A model generated the notes under the pieces. That model worked only from the letters and a program-made list of their open reading frames with translations. It made no database searches and was not told where the DNA came from. Made by a program: the position numbers and the translations under genes. Shown here one piece after another: positions 1-11,113 of a stretch of DNA of 42,442 nucleotides. The stretch's first letter is position 1; the number at the start of each line of letters is the position of its first letter. This DNA is from Chrysochromulina tobinii. Its lineage: Eukaryota. The DNA is taken from positions 1-42,442 of the forward strand of contig JWZX01003201.1 in NCBI GenBank assembly GCA_001275005.1, written 5' to 3'.

Positions 1-620
1 CCTGGACCCCGGACATCCAGGAAAATCTCATTTTCCTGGACATGTCAGGAATCTAGCCAGATTCCCCCACTTTACCGCTCAGGCGGCCTTTTGTGTGTTC
101 TCAATGAATCAAAAATAGAATCAGCGCCTGATTCGCGCGCGGGGGACATACGAGGCACCGGCTCATAACCGGCTCATAAAGTTTCGGAGAGTCCACCGCC
201 GCCTCCGAGCTCCGTCGATGCCGCAATCTTAAGCAATCAGGAGGCTCGATATCCACTCTTTGTGTTGGGGGTGAAGCGGTACATGGCCGTTACGGTCGGT
301 GTCGTTACCTGAGTGATATCTAACCTGGCTTCTCTCAGCTAGTGCTACATGTAGATCCCAGTCTTAGACCTCGTGTTACCTCGTGTCGAGGTCTGTCGAG
401 GTCTGTCGAGCTGTAGAGCTTGACAGCTTGACGCCCCGGCGCATGCTTAGGCGCATGCAGTCAGGGGGGGTCTGTCGAGGACGAGGTCTGTCGAGGTCTG
501 TCGAGAACTCGAGTAGCTGTCGAGCTACATGTATCCTGTCGAGTAGCTGTCGAGTAGCCTGTCAAGTTCCACTGTCGAGATAGGAGATTCCTGTCGAGTT
601 GTCGTGGCCAGGGCTCAAGT
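1..620. mobile_element. Probable non-autonomous TIR element (MITE-like), left end cut by the window edge
   Basis: Non-coding. Dense subterminal (C)TGTCGAG-type repeats at about 383-600. Hairpin TCCAGGAAAAT-ctc-ATTTTCCTGGA at 16-40. The end CCAGGGCTCAAGT (608-620) reverse-complements to ACTTGAGCCCTGG, whose last 5 nt match the first 5 nt of the window. Confidence 0.55.
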
Positions 621-811
621 GTGCGCACATAGGAGGCCTCATAGATAGAGGGGCGAGGTCCTTAGAGAGGGCGCGCGCGGCGCGCCCACCCAGCCGCGCC
701 ACTCATCAACCCACTCTAAAGTACCACTCTATTGACGAACCTATAGTGACACTATGGCGTTGCGCCAGATAATATCTGGCGTGCTGTAGGTTCGCATCAG
801 CCATCACCAGA

Positions 812-3800
812 TCACCTAGGCGAGCTCTGTACGGTGCTGCTCGCCAACACGGTGCTGCTCGCCAATGCTGCGGGCGACTGAAAGGGCAAACGAAGCGGCC
901 CGCCGCCTGCCAGCCCCCCCACGCCTGCCATCGCCTGCCGGAGCTTGGACGTGGCCGCACGCAGGTACTCGCGCTCCTCGACGAGGTGAATGTTACCCGT
1001 CGGCCGCCAGGCGCGAGCGACACGTGCGCCACCGCCATCCGCCGCCATCGTCGCCTCATCGCTCTCGCCCAACACGACGCTCTCGCCCGCGACGCCGTTC
1101 TCTTCCCCAGTCGGCTGTGGCTGGTGAGGCTGCTGCCTGGGGTTCGCACGCCTATGCTCTCTGTAGCGCGCGTGCAGCGGCTCCGTCGGCATGCGGGGTG
1201 GGCGCTCACCCTCCTCGTCGGCCTCGACAGCGTGAGCGTCAGGAGGTGTCTTCGCGCCCAAGGACAAGCGGGGGCGAGTCGATGGCGGCGGCGGCTCGGC
1301 GGCGTGTAGGCACACTCCCGTGGTGACCTCCACGCGCTCTATCGAACACGCCTCGGCCATCGCGTCCGCTTGGGCCGCGCGCTCAGCGGCCACTGCATCA
1401 CGGGCAAACAGCGAAATGTCGTCCGTCATCATCACCTCCGCCTCGGCCGCGGAAGTGATGCTCACGCGCACTCGCAAGCAAGCTCCCCGCATCGCCTGCG
1501 CCGCCGCCGCGGCCAGCGCTTCGTCGGCGCGCCGGTGCCTCGCCTTCGCGCGCTCCTCGCGCCCGAGATTGCGACTCAGATCAGCCACGTGGCGCGCGGC
1601 CGCTGCGAGCTGGGATTGCGTCGTCGCGAGCTGCGAGCGCAGAGTCGCGGCTCGCGCGTCGGGATCCGTCGTGGCCGTGGCCTCCGAGGACCGCGAGGCG
1701 CCGTAATGAGCGCCCGCCTCCGAGGCCGCCGTCGCCGCCTTGACGGCCGCCGTCGCCGCCGCCAGCCGCTCGCACAACCCCGCGACTAAATCGGGCGCGG
1801 ACGCGAACACCCCCGGCGCCGTCGCATAAAGGTTGGCCCCGTACTCGTTGGATGAGGGCGGCAGCAGCCCCAGCGTCCCTGGAGTCCTCCCGGGGGTCGC
1901 CGCGCGCGCCTCGGCATCGGCGACCCTCGCGTCTGCGGCCTCTACCGTCGCCTCCAGCAGCGCCATCTGCGCATCGGTGAAGTCCGCCACCTCCGCGGCG
2001 GCGGCCTGCGCCTCGAGACGCGCCGCCTCGAGCAGACGCGCCGCCTCGAGCGCCTCAAGCGCCTCGAGACGCGCCGCCTCGGCACGTGTCGCCTGCGCCA
2101 CGGCTGCATCCGCGCGTGCGCCCGCGTGCGCCGCCGCCTCCGCCGCCGCGGCACTCTCGGCCACGCATGTCTCCACGTGCTCGAGCACCTGGAGCCTGTC
2201 GGCCTCGCGTGCGGCATCGGAGAGGCGCAGCGCCTGCTCGAGGGCGCGGCTAGTCGCCTCCTGCTCGGCAAGCCGCGCCTGGAGCGCCGCGGTCTCCATC
2301 TGCCACCTCTCGCGCTCCGCCTCATGCGCCTGCGCCGCCTGCTCGAGTTGCTGCGGTTGCTGCAGCTGCTGGAATTGCTGCTCCTGTTTGAGCTGCTTTT
2401 GCTGTTGCTGCTGCTGCTGTTGCTCTTGAAGTTGCTGCTGCTGTTGCTGCTGCTGTTGCTGAAGTTGCTGCTGCTGTTCAAGCTGCTGCTGCTGGAGCTG
2501 CTGCTGCTGGAGCTGCTGCTGCAGCTCTTCCACATGGGTGCGCGCCGCGGCCAGCTGCTCGGCCGCCCTCCGCCGCTGCTCGTGCACGGCCGCGTGCGCT
2601 GCCTTGAGCGCCTCCTCTCGCTGCTCCAGCCGCGCCGCGCGGCTCTGATCGCGCCTCGGCGGCCTGCACCGTCGAGGGCCAGAGTCAGCAGCGCGACGTC
2701 GTGCGCCTCTCCCCTGGTAACCAGGTGCGCCTCGAGCTCACTCACGCGTGCGAGCGCCTCGAGCAGCTGGTCGTTAGTGACGACGAGCTCCCCCTCGATC
2801 TCGGAGATCGCAATCTCGCTCTGCACGCGCGTCAGCTCCGCGGAGCGTCGTTCGCTCTGCACGTGCGCCAGCTGCTGCTGCGCCGCGCCCAGCTGCTGCT
2901 GTGTCAGCTCGAGCTGCAACTGGCTCGCGCCGAGCTGAGCGTGCGCCGCCTCGAGCTGCTGACGAAGCAGACGCTGAACGAGCGCCGCCTCGGCGGAAAG
3001 CACCGCCTCGCGTTGCGCGAGCGCATCCGAGTCGACACGCACTATACGTGCGGGTTGGTTGCGCACGCGCGCCGCGCGCCGCCCGAACTGAAGCGTTGAG
3101 CGTGTCTCGGCTAGGTCGGTGGTGCGCGCGGAGATGGTGACGAGCAGAGAGGTGCGGCAGTTGCCGCCTAGCGACTCCTGCAGCAGCCGCGTGAGTGCCG
3201 AGTTACGAAAGGGCACATGCGAGGGCGAGGGCGTCTGCGATCGGTGCCTGCCGCCAACGCCGCCTGCCGGCGAGGGCGGCAGTGCGACGGCGCCGTTGAG
3301 CTCGGCCAGCCGCGAGATCACGTTGCCGAGAGCAAACAGCGATACATTTATCTGCTGGGCCTCGTTGAGCTCGGTGCCCGAGACCGCCGTGCGCTTGACG
3401 CGTTCCGAGCCGGCCAAGTCACAGATTGTCAGCTTCGCGTGGTACGCGAGCGGAAACGCCTCTGTGGAGACGGTACGGGCGGCGGTAGCAGTGGCTGCGC
3501 CAGGGGCGGGGGCGGCGCAGGTGAATGTGGGCGCGGCGCCGGTGGCCGCGCCGGCGGCCACGCCGGTGGCGGTAGCGGTGGCGGTGGCGGTGGCGGCGGC
3601 GGTGCCGGTTTCCTGTCGATAGCTGACGCTAAAGATGGCGACGGCGTGGGAGCGCGACGAGTGGCGATTGAGCTGCGTGGATGAGAAGTGGAGCCGTGCC
3701 GCGCCGCTCTGGATGATCGCCACGCCCGCGGCCACCGTCTCGATCGGCACCGTCGTCGCGCGGTGCACGTACACGCCGCAAGCTGGGTCCTCTCGCAGGG

Positions 3801-4974
3801 CAAGAGAGGCGCTCTCGCCCTCGCCGCCGCCCTCGGCCAGCAGGTCATACACCTTGTCCAGGTACACCTGCACGTACTGCAGGCTGATCGAGATCGCGCA
3901 GCCCGCTGGCGCCGTCGGCGCCGTCGGAAGCGCCTCGGTGACGGAGACCAGCGCGGGAGCACGCGCACGCCTCGGGGACGAAGAGCGGCCGCCAAACACG
4001 ACGGGCACGGGCGAGCAGTTGCCTATCTCGGCAAGCCTGTCGCCGTCTTCGTCGTCCGAGGGTTCGTCGGGTTCGTCAGGTTCGTCGTCCGAGGGGTACC
4101 CCGAGGCGGTGGTGGACGCTGCCACCGAGTCCGTGGTCGCGTGCGTCTTGGCGAGGGCGCTCGCCTGCGCGTCGGCGAAGAGCGCGCGCAGCATTCGCGG
4201 CATCAGCCCCTCCGCAGCAGTGCCGAGCCGCCCGGGCTCATTGAGCGTGTACGTCTTGCCCGTGCCTGTCTGGCCGTAGGCGATGAGCGTGCCGTTGTAG
4301 CCGTCGAGCACCGAGCGCACGAGCGGCTGGCCGAGCTGCCGGTACACGCGCGCATTGTCCGCTTCGCCATCGAAGACATGGTTGAAGCTGAAGCGGCCGC
4401 CATCTGCGAGCGAGATGGTGTGCGCCTCTGGCGAGGCCTCGACGGTCAGCACCGGCACACCTGACGCGTGCGGCAGCACACGGACGTACACCTTCATCAT
4501 GTCGTTGTCGTATGGCGTCGAGGCCTCATGCACATCCGTGTCTTCGCTGTGCACGGATGCAATGTCGGAGACAAATCCTACCTCTTGAATCATAAGTGGC
4601 GATGGTGGGCCGTCGGCCCTGTACGGCTGTGCGGAGAACGCGGTAGCAGGCTGTCTCAGACTCGTGGGAATGTGAAGCAGTGGCTGGGACATGGGTGGCC
4701 GGTTGAATGTCGGCGACGGCAACGTCTGCGCCACCGCTGCAGATGGTGCTGCCATCGCTGCAGATGGCGCTAGTGTTGCTGACGACAAGGGCGGCGGTCC
4801 AGGGGCCCGAGGAGGTATCCTCGCCGCGCTGGGCCCTGGACGGCCGGCGTATTTCTGCAAGCTTGCGAGCTGCGCATTCGTCATGCGTGTCGAAGCTCGA
4901 CAAGCAGCAGGAGCACGACCCGGGAGGTCGATCGAGGGTCGACCGCCTGCAGGGCGGCGCGATGGCTCCGCCAT
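812..4974 (-). CDS. Kinesin motor protein with coiled-coil/polyQ tail; two ORFs joined by a probable intron (about 2645-2745) or an indel
   Basis: Kinesin motifs KVYVRV, VLDGYNGTLIAYGQTGTGKTYT (P-loop), SSRSH (switch I), DLAGSER (switch II) and HVPFRNSALTRLLQESLGGN. The coiled coil changes frame near 2650. A GTGAGT donor at 2745 and a CAG acceptor at 2645 would splice into the 812..2587 frame. Confidence 0.92.
2340..2525 (-). repeat. CAG/CAA polyglutamine microsatellite within the kinesin tail
   Basis: CTG/TTG runs on the + strand translate as QQQLQQQQ... on the minus strand. Confidence 0.9.
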
Positions 4975-5138
4975 ATTGCAAATCCTGGTAATCCAGTCCG
5001 CGGCGGAGAGTCCGCAAACTCCGAATCTATTGCCGTGGATAATTCAACGTTTCTGCCGGCTTGGGGAGTTCGGGTCGGGGACTCTTCCCCGAGAAACGCA
5101 GCGCGCGAGCCCCAATCCTGACGAACTCTAGAATTCCT

Positions 5139-6694
5139 ATGTCGGCTCCTGGCAAGCGAAAGAGCGAGCAGCTCGTCGCACCGAAGCCGGCGCCGGTGGT
5201 GCCTGCGGAGGCTGAAGCGGACGATTCGGGTCGTGCACGCAAGAGTGCACGCAGCCGCGGTGTGAGCGTCAAGCTCACGGGCGCTGGAAGCTGCAAGCAG
5301 CAGGAGGCGGCGGAGCCGGGCAGCGGCAATGCCGATGACACTGACATGCCTCCGGCGGCCGACGCGCCGATGGTGGCTAGTGGCGGCGGCGGCGGCAAGT
5401 TTGACGTGGGCGACACAATCATCTTGCTCAACGGCTCGCTCTGCTACGAGGCGGACGTGCTGCAGGTGCAGGGTGCCGATGCTCCTGCAGCTACCAAAAA
5501 GGGCACGAAGAAGGCAGAGCCGGCGCCGGCGGCGACGCGCTCGTACCTCGTCCGGTACACCAAGTGGCCGCGGCGGCCCGAGGAGTGGGTGGCGGAGATG
5601 TTCGTCAATGAGTGGAGCGAGGCGCTCGCGAAGGGTGCCACCAACCGGCCGCCGCGCGCGCGCATGTGGGACGCGAAGAAGGCGGGCGGCGCCAAGGGCG
5701 GCGCGGCAGGCGCCGATGACGAGGAGGAGCTCGACGAGGAGGACGAGCCCGCGCCTAAGCCAGCACCCAAGGTAGACGGAGGTGCCGCGCCCAAGGTCGA
5801 GGATAAGGCCGAGGGCCGACGGTCGGGGCGCGGGCCTAAGCCTTCGACGGCAGTCAACGAGACGGGCGCGGACGAGGCGGGTAGTAAACGGCAGTTCGCA
5901 AGTCGAACGACAAGGCCGAGGAGGTGAAGGAGGAGAAGGCTGCGGGCAAGGGTGTCGGCGCGGTGCGTGGCGCGGCCGCGGGCGGCGGAGGCCGCGCAGC
6001 CGCGCGCTCGGTAACGCCTTTCTCCGACGGCGAGGGTGGTGAGTCGACGATGGCGGTGCACGCAGACGAGGACGCGAACGCACTCATGGACCTGTTTGGC
6101 GGCGGCGGCGGCAAGAAGGACCCCAAGACGCTCAAGGAGGAGGGCGAGGAGGAGGACGACGATATGAACGACGACGAGGAGGAGGGCGAGGACGATGACA
6201 ACGAGGAGGAGGATGGCGAGGATGGCGAGGAAGACGAGGACGAGGACGAGGAGGAGGAGGAGGAGGAGGAGGCAAACGACGACAGAGAGGGCGAGGCCGA
6301 GGTCGACGATGACGAGGAGGAGGAGGAGGTGGAGGACGACCTCAAGCTCATCCTCGCGCAGCAGAAGCAAAAGGATAAGAAGGATGCCAACCTACTCAAG
6401 GAGCAGGAGGCTGCGCAGCTTGAGATCAAGTCGCCGCGCGCCGAGGCCAAGAAGGCGATGGAGGACGCGCGCCGCAAGCACCGCCGCAAGGGCCTGCCGA
6501 TGAAATCGCTGCCTGCGCCGCGGGAGATCGACCTGGCGGCGCGCACGCTCGAGGGAGAGGGCGATCCCAAGGCCGCACTTTCAGACGAGCGCCCTCCGTC
6601 ATCCGCTGCAACGACCAAAGATACCTCGGGCGTGGCGCGCGTGCGCCGGCGTAAGCCTGCCAAGCCGTGCGCCAGCCTCCTGCCCATGTGGTGA
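5139..6694 (+). CDS. Tudor-knot/chromo-barrel domain protein with a long acidic tract; frame break at about 5880-5905; 3' end uncertain
   Basis: KFDVGDTIILLNGSLCYEADVLQV...YLVRYTKWPRRPEEWV resembles MRG15/Eaf3/MOF chromo-barrels. Coding-like sequence continues in another frame (KSNDKAEEVKEE... poly-D/E). A GTAAGC at 6651 might be a further splice donor. Confidence 0.7.
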
Positions 6695-7206
6695 ACAACA
6701 GCGGCAGCTTTAGCAACAGAAGCAACAGCAGCAGCGGCAGCGGCAGCGGCAGCAGCAATGCGCTCGCTCAGACGCAAGGGCGTCCAGCGAGAGCACACTG
6801 TCGAAGGGGCGGCTCGTGCAGATGTGGAAACAAGAGAGGCATGTGATTGCCAGCGCCCCCCGACGGGTGCGGCCTTTGCGCAGGGGATTGGCGGTAGGGG
6901 CGAAAGGAGCAAGGGGCACAGTCGCGGAGATGAATATGTTCTCAGCAGCGGCGGCGCACACAGCACGGCACACGGTGTCCCTCCTGAATTGAGAAGGAGC
7001 TGTTTGTCGGCCGTTATGGCTCCTATGTACTGTTCCGGTTTCTTGCACAACGTATCGAATTAAGCGCGACGTGTACGATAATCGAACTTTGCCCCATGCA
7101 CGCCCAACTGCAGTCTGCACCGCACGCGGTCCACGCTCCACTCGCGCTCCACACGCGCACGCCTTCGCAGCATGTATTGCTACTACCGAAGTGTACCATG
7201 ATAGGC

Positions 7207-8724
7207 TCATCGACAGCAGCCCTCCTCTGTGCTTGACGGGTCGACGCTCCACGGCGGTGCGAGCGCAAAGAAGATGACGGAATAGCGTAGGCCCGAGTAG
7301 GGCAGAACCTCGTGCTCAAAGCGGCCGTCAAAGCGCACGAATCGGTCGCGCGTGTTCACGTCGAGGATACCGTCCTGCCCATGCACGCGCAGCTCGCCGC
7401 CTTCGTACTCGCCGAATGCCGTGGCCACCTGGTAGGTGGCGTCCTTGTCGTCTCGGTGGCGTGAGCCGCGGAAGTTTTTGTTGAACTGAACCGAGGTCCA
7501 CGGGTACGTGGGATCAGCGGCGCTAATGAGGGCGGAGGCGGCCTCCCAGAGCTGCTTGTGCTTCTTGGTGACCGAGGCTGCATCCCACACTCCCATACCC
7601 GCCTTGAAGGCGAAGGGCAAGTAGGGTCCATTTTGTTTGGCCCACACCTTCGTCGAGAGGCCGAGTTTGAACGACTGCTCAGCCATCTCGCCGCGGAGCT
7701 TACCGTCGGCGGGCATCACCGACCAGTCCAGCGCGTCGAGCAGCTCACGCATCCGCGCCGCCTCTGCCCTCGGGAGCGGCAGCCCATTCACACGGCCAAG
7801 CCAGACGTCTCCGCCCGTAAGCCGCCTGTGCTTGAGCAGGCAAGCAGCCAGCAAACCACCCGGCTGCTTCGGCGTACCCGAGCGTGCGACGGCGCAGAAC
7901 TCATCCACGGCCGCGTTGGCCGCGCCCACCTCGCAAGTGAGCAGTAGATGCCGGAGCGTTGGCGCCGGCAGCATCTGCGCGGGGTTCGCCGAGCCCACGG
8001 CCCCCTTGACTTTGGCCTCGAGGCCCGCCAGCTGCTGGCGCATTGGCGCGGAGAGGGTGCCGCCAAACCCCTCCTCGGCCGTGGCCGATGTTGCAGCGGT
8101 GCACACGTGGATGCGTGAGCCGCCCACGGTCGCGAGCGCTGGCTGCAGCGCGAGCTCGACCGCACGCGCCGAGGCGAGAGCTAGGCATGCTGCGACACGG
8201 GGCTGCTTGGTACTCCAATCTTGGAGCAACCTGATCTGCGACGGCGCGCACGCGGCAAAGTGCCGCTGCAGCTCGAGCTCGCTCATGCCAGCGGGCACGC
8301 CAAGGACAAGGAGCACATGATTAGCGTCCATGCCCACGGACGCCGCAACGGCGGCGGATGTTGCAGGAGAGGAGGTGGCACGAGGCAGAGCGGCTGTAGG
8401 AGGGTCGGCCACACGCTGCTTCTTCTTGGGCTGGGGTGCTGCAGCCTCGGCACGGCCGGTATGGCTGCTGCCGACTGGTGCACGCTCGTCAAGAAAGAGC
8501 TGTTCGACCTTCGGTGGTGCAGCATTGACGCTGGCGACGGGGCTGCTGTCAATTGGCAAAGACTCGTCTGGCACACGCTTCCTCTTCTTCTTCTTCACGG
8601 CCTTCACAGCGGCAGGTCGTACCGATGGCGAAGATCCTACGGAAAAGAGCATTGGTGGCGGCGGTGCCGCGACTGACGGCGCCGCGAATGATAAGTGACT
8701 CGCTTGGCGCTGCGCCTTCCTCAT
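7207..8724 (-). CDS. RRM-like domain + C-terminal 2OG-Fe(II) dioxygenase (TET/JBP-like fold)
   Basis: Basic NLS-like KKKKRKR. RRM-like segment VLLVLGVPAGMSELELQRHF...IRLLQD...AVELAL...GGSRIHV. C-terminal SVQFNKN..HRD..GGEL..FDG..H.V..RYS carries the HxD...H...RxS signature. Confidence 0.75.
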   Translation of the reverse strand: MRKAQRQASHLSFAAPSVAAPPPPMLFSVGSSPSVRPAAVKAVKKKKRKRVPDESLPIDSSPVASVNAAPPKVEQLFLDERAPVGSSHTGRAEAAAPQPKKKQRVADPPTAALPRATSSPATSAAVAASVGMDANHVLLVLGVPAGMSELELQRHFAACAPSQIRLLQDWSTKQPRVAACLALASARAVELALQPALATVGGSRIHVCTAATSATAEEGFGGTLSAPMRQQLAGLEAKVKGAVGSANPAQMLPAPTLRHLLLTCEVGAANAAVDEFCAVARSGTPKQPGGLLAACLLKHRRLTGGDVWLGRVNGLPLPRAEAARMRELLDALDWSVMPADGKLRGEMAEQSFKLGLSTKVWAKQNGPYLPFAFKAGMGVWDAASVTKKHKQLWEAASALISAADPTYPWTSVQFNKNFRGSRHRDDKDATYQVATAFGEYEGGELRVHGQDGILDVNTRDRFVRFDGRFEHEVLPYSGLRYSVIFFALAPPWSVDPSSTEEGCCR

Positions 8725-9097
8725 GGAGGATCCGTGGTTGTGGTTCGAGATGCTCACGTGATTGCGGCGGTTTCAAAACTCGTCTTCGCGTACGGGGCTT
8801 CACGAACTCGTTTCCAAAACCTTCGGAGTGCTGCGAGCGGACAGCACTAGGAATCCCCTCGTCTTACATGTGTTCCTTAAAAATAAGCGTATAAACTATA
8901 CGCGAGCCGGATTCGTCATCATTCGTGATTCGAAACGGGCAGGCTCGTACCTCGTTTCGCCGGGGCGGTTACATGGGAACATGGCATGTCGGACCATTCA
9001 AGCTTTCAAGGCCCCGCCGGGAGACGCGCGGACACGTGGCAGTGACGTGACAGTACCGAAGGAGCCCGAGGCTGATGGCTTTCCCACCGCGCCACGT

Positions 9098-10906
9098 TTA
9101 TGCCTCATCATCGGTCGCCGCCTCCGCAGCACCAGCGGTGAGCATCGCCGCCATCGGGTCGTCGCTCCGCTGCTTGATTCGATGGTAGGCCTCCATCTCT
9201 TCGGCCGTGGTCTCCACCGAGGTCATCGAGTTGTACCTGCGCTTGCGCTCGTCGAGCACAGACTCGCGCTGGCGTACGCGTTCCGTGGCGATCGCCGCCT
9301 GCATCTTGGCGCCATCGAGCGGTGCGTCCGCGAGGTCCTCGCCCGTGCCAAACATGGCACTCTGCGGCAGCGCGGACGAGCTGCTACCCGCGAGCGACCT
9401 GCACGTACCGACCCCAGTGCTACTGCTGCTACCACCGCCGGCCGCCGCCGCCGCCGCGTCCGCAGCCGCGCCGCCGCCATCAGCAGGCGCCGAGCGCTGC
9501 GCCGCCGCGAGCATCCGTGCTCGCTTTCCCGCCGCGCCAGTGCCGTAGGCGTTGCGCACGGTAGCATGGTCGTCAGCGTACCCCCATCGGAAGTTCTGCC
9601 GGTCGAAGAAGGAGCCCCACACGGCCATGTGGTTGAACACGTGCACATCCTCCTCGTACTTTGAGCGCACGATTGCCTTCTCGCGCCCGTGCTTGAGCGC
9701 GCCCGAGCGCGTGTACTCGGTGTACTCTTCAGTCTGTGCGAAGAGCAGCTCGTCGGGTGGCTTCTCGAGGTGTTCGGCGCCGCCGTACTTTTCGAGCACG
9801 CGGTTCACCTTCGTCTCCTGCAGCTTGGCCTTCTTCTCGCGGTAAATCTTGTTCATGAGCTCGATGCTCGTCGGGTCGGCGTTCAGGTGGATAGAGGAGC
9901 CTTTGGAGGAGGCCTCGAGCTCGTACAGCTGGAGCGCGGCGAGCTCGCGCGCCTGGCCCGAGCGCCTCTCCTCGTTGTACGGCACGAAGTCGTGCGCCGT
10001 GCCGGGCAAAGGATTCTCTCGCATCGAATGCGTCTTTGGGTCATAGAAGGCCGAGTTGACGTCGAGGTTGAGCAAATACTTGGCTGTGTCCTCTCGGATG
10101 CGCAAGTTGCGCACGGTCATCTTCGCACCACCGTTCTTGTTTGCGTTCATCTTGGTACCCACGTTGAGCTGCTCCGACTCGGCCAGCTTGCCCTCGGGGT
10201 CGTCGAGCCCCGCCGCCTCGTCGTCCGTGTCTGCGTCCGTGTCCGAACCCTCGCCCTCCTCGCCCTCCTCATCGTCATCGGCGCCACCGCCACCCTCGCC
10301 GCCGTCGGCGGCCTTCTTGGCCTGCCGCTTGCGCCGACGCTCCGCTCTGCGCTCCTCGCGCTCCTTCTCCTTGGCTGCGAGCTGCCCAACCTGCGTCTGC
10401 TTGTGCTGCTTGATCCGCACCTCCATCTCCTTCTCGTGCGCCTCAATCATCAGCGTGTGATCGGATGGGTCGTACTGCGCCCAGTGGTCGCGCTTGCCTG
10501 CGTAGTCGAACACCATCTCGACAACCGCCTCGTCCGCCTTGATATCCGTGCCCGTGAATTTGGCGCCTTTCTTGCGCGGCCGCTCGACGCAGTCCTTTGC
10601 GGCGTGCGTCATCGCGCCGCAGTTGGTGCAGGCGCCCTTGCGGAACTTGGTTGCCGCGGGGCCGGCTAGCTGACCACGCGGAATGAAATCGCTCACAGTG
10701 GCTACCGGCTTCTTACCCTTGAGATTCTTCTGGTGCTGCAGGCCAGGCCCCTCAGCGTTGAGGTACCACGGCGCCTGCGACATGTACTGCGGAATGTGTG
10801 GGTTGATCTCGTTGCCATCGGCATCCCGCTCGGCCGGCACCGTGCCCGCCTTGCGTGCCTCCTCGAGCTCGCGCTCGCGGCGCCGGTCGTCGATCGACTT
10901 GCTCAT
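9098..10906 (-). CDS. SLU7: Pre-mRNA splicing factor SLU7
   Basis: INPHIPQYMSQAPWYL, zinc knuckle RKGACTNCGAMTHAAKDCVERPRK, VRNLRIREDTAKYLLNL, YDPKTHSMRENP and SKYEEDV...NH..VWGS. Confidence 0.96.
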   Translation of the reverse strand: MSKSIDDRRRERELEEARKAGTVPAERDADGNEINPHIPQYMSQAPWYLNAEGPGLQHQKNLKGKKPVATVSDFIPRGQLAGPAATKFRKGACTNCGAMTHAAKDCVERPRKKGAKFTGTDIKADEAVVEMVFDYAGKRDHWAQYDPSDHTLMIEAHEKEMEVRIKQHKQTQVGQLAAKEKEREERRAERRRKRQAKKAADGGEGGGGADDDEEGEEGEGSDTDADTDDEAAGLDDPEGKLAESEQLNVGTKMNANKNGGAKMTVRNLRIREDTAKYLLNLDVNSAFYDPKTHSMRENPLPGTAHDFVPYNEERRSGQARELAALQLYELEASSKGSSIHLNADPTSIELMNKIYREKKAKLQETKVNRVLEKYGGAEHLEKPPDELLFAQTEEYTEYTRSGALKHGREKAIVRSKYEEDVHVFNHMAVWGSFFDRQNFRWGYADDHATVRNAYGTGAAGKRARMLAAAQRSAPADGGGAAADAAAAAAGGGSSSSTGVGTCRSLAGSSSSALPQSAMFGTGEDLADAPLDGAKMQAAIATERVRQRESVLDERKRRYNSMTSVETTAEEMEAYHRIKQRSDDPMAAMLTAGAAEAATDDEA

Positions 10907-11113
10907 GTCTTCCACCCACTATTGCGCGGACGACGGACGAACCTTGGTCCGGAGCGCGTGCGTCCCTGTGCGACAGCCCGTGCGTGGCACCATAATGACG
11001 AAAATTATTAAGACGAAAGTCAACTCACTGTGGAAGCTCGAACACGTCCTCTGGAGACCTCGGAATCTCGAACTCGCGAGGTACGACCTTCCCCAAAGAA
11101 AGTCCTTCTCGCC

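Noticed and set aside
383..583. 66-aa ORF as a gene
   Set aside because: It is just a translation of the TGTCGAG repeat array.
2126..6370. Long antisense ORFs (2126..2938, 5444..6370 poly-Leu 'membrane proteins')
   Set aside because: Shadow frames of the polyQ and poly-D/E tracts in GC-rich coding DNA.
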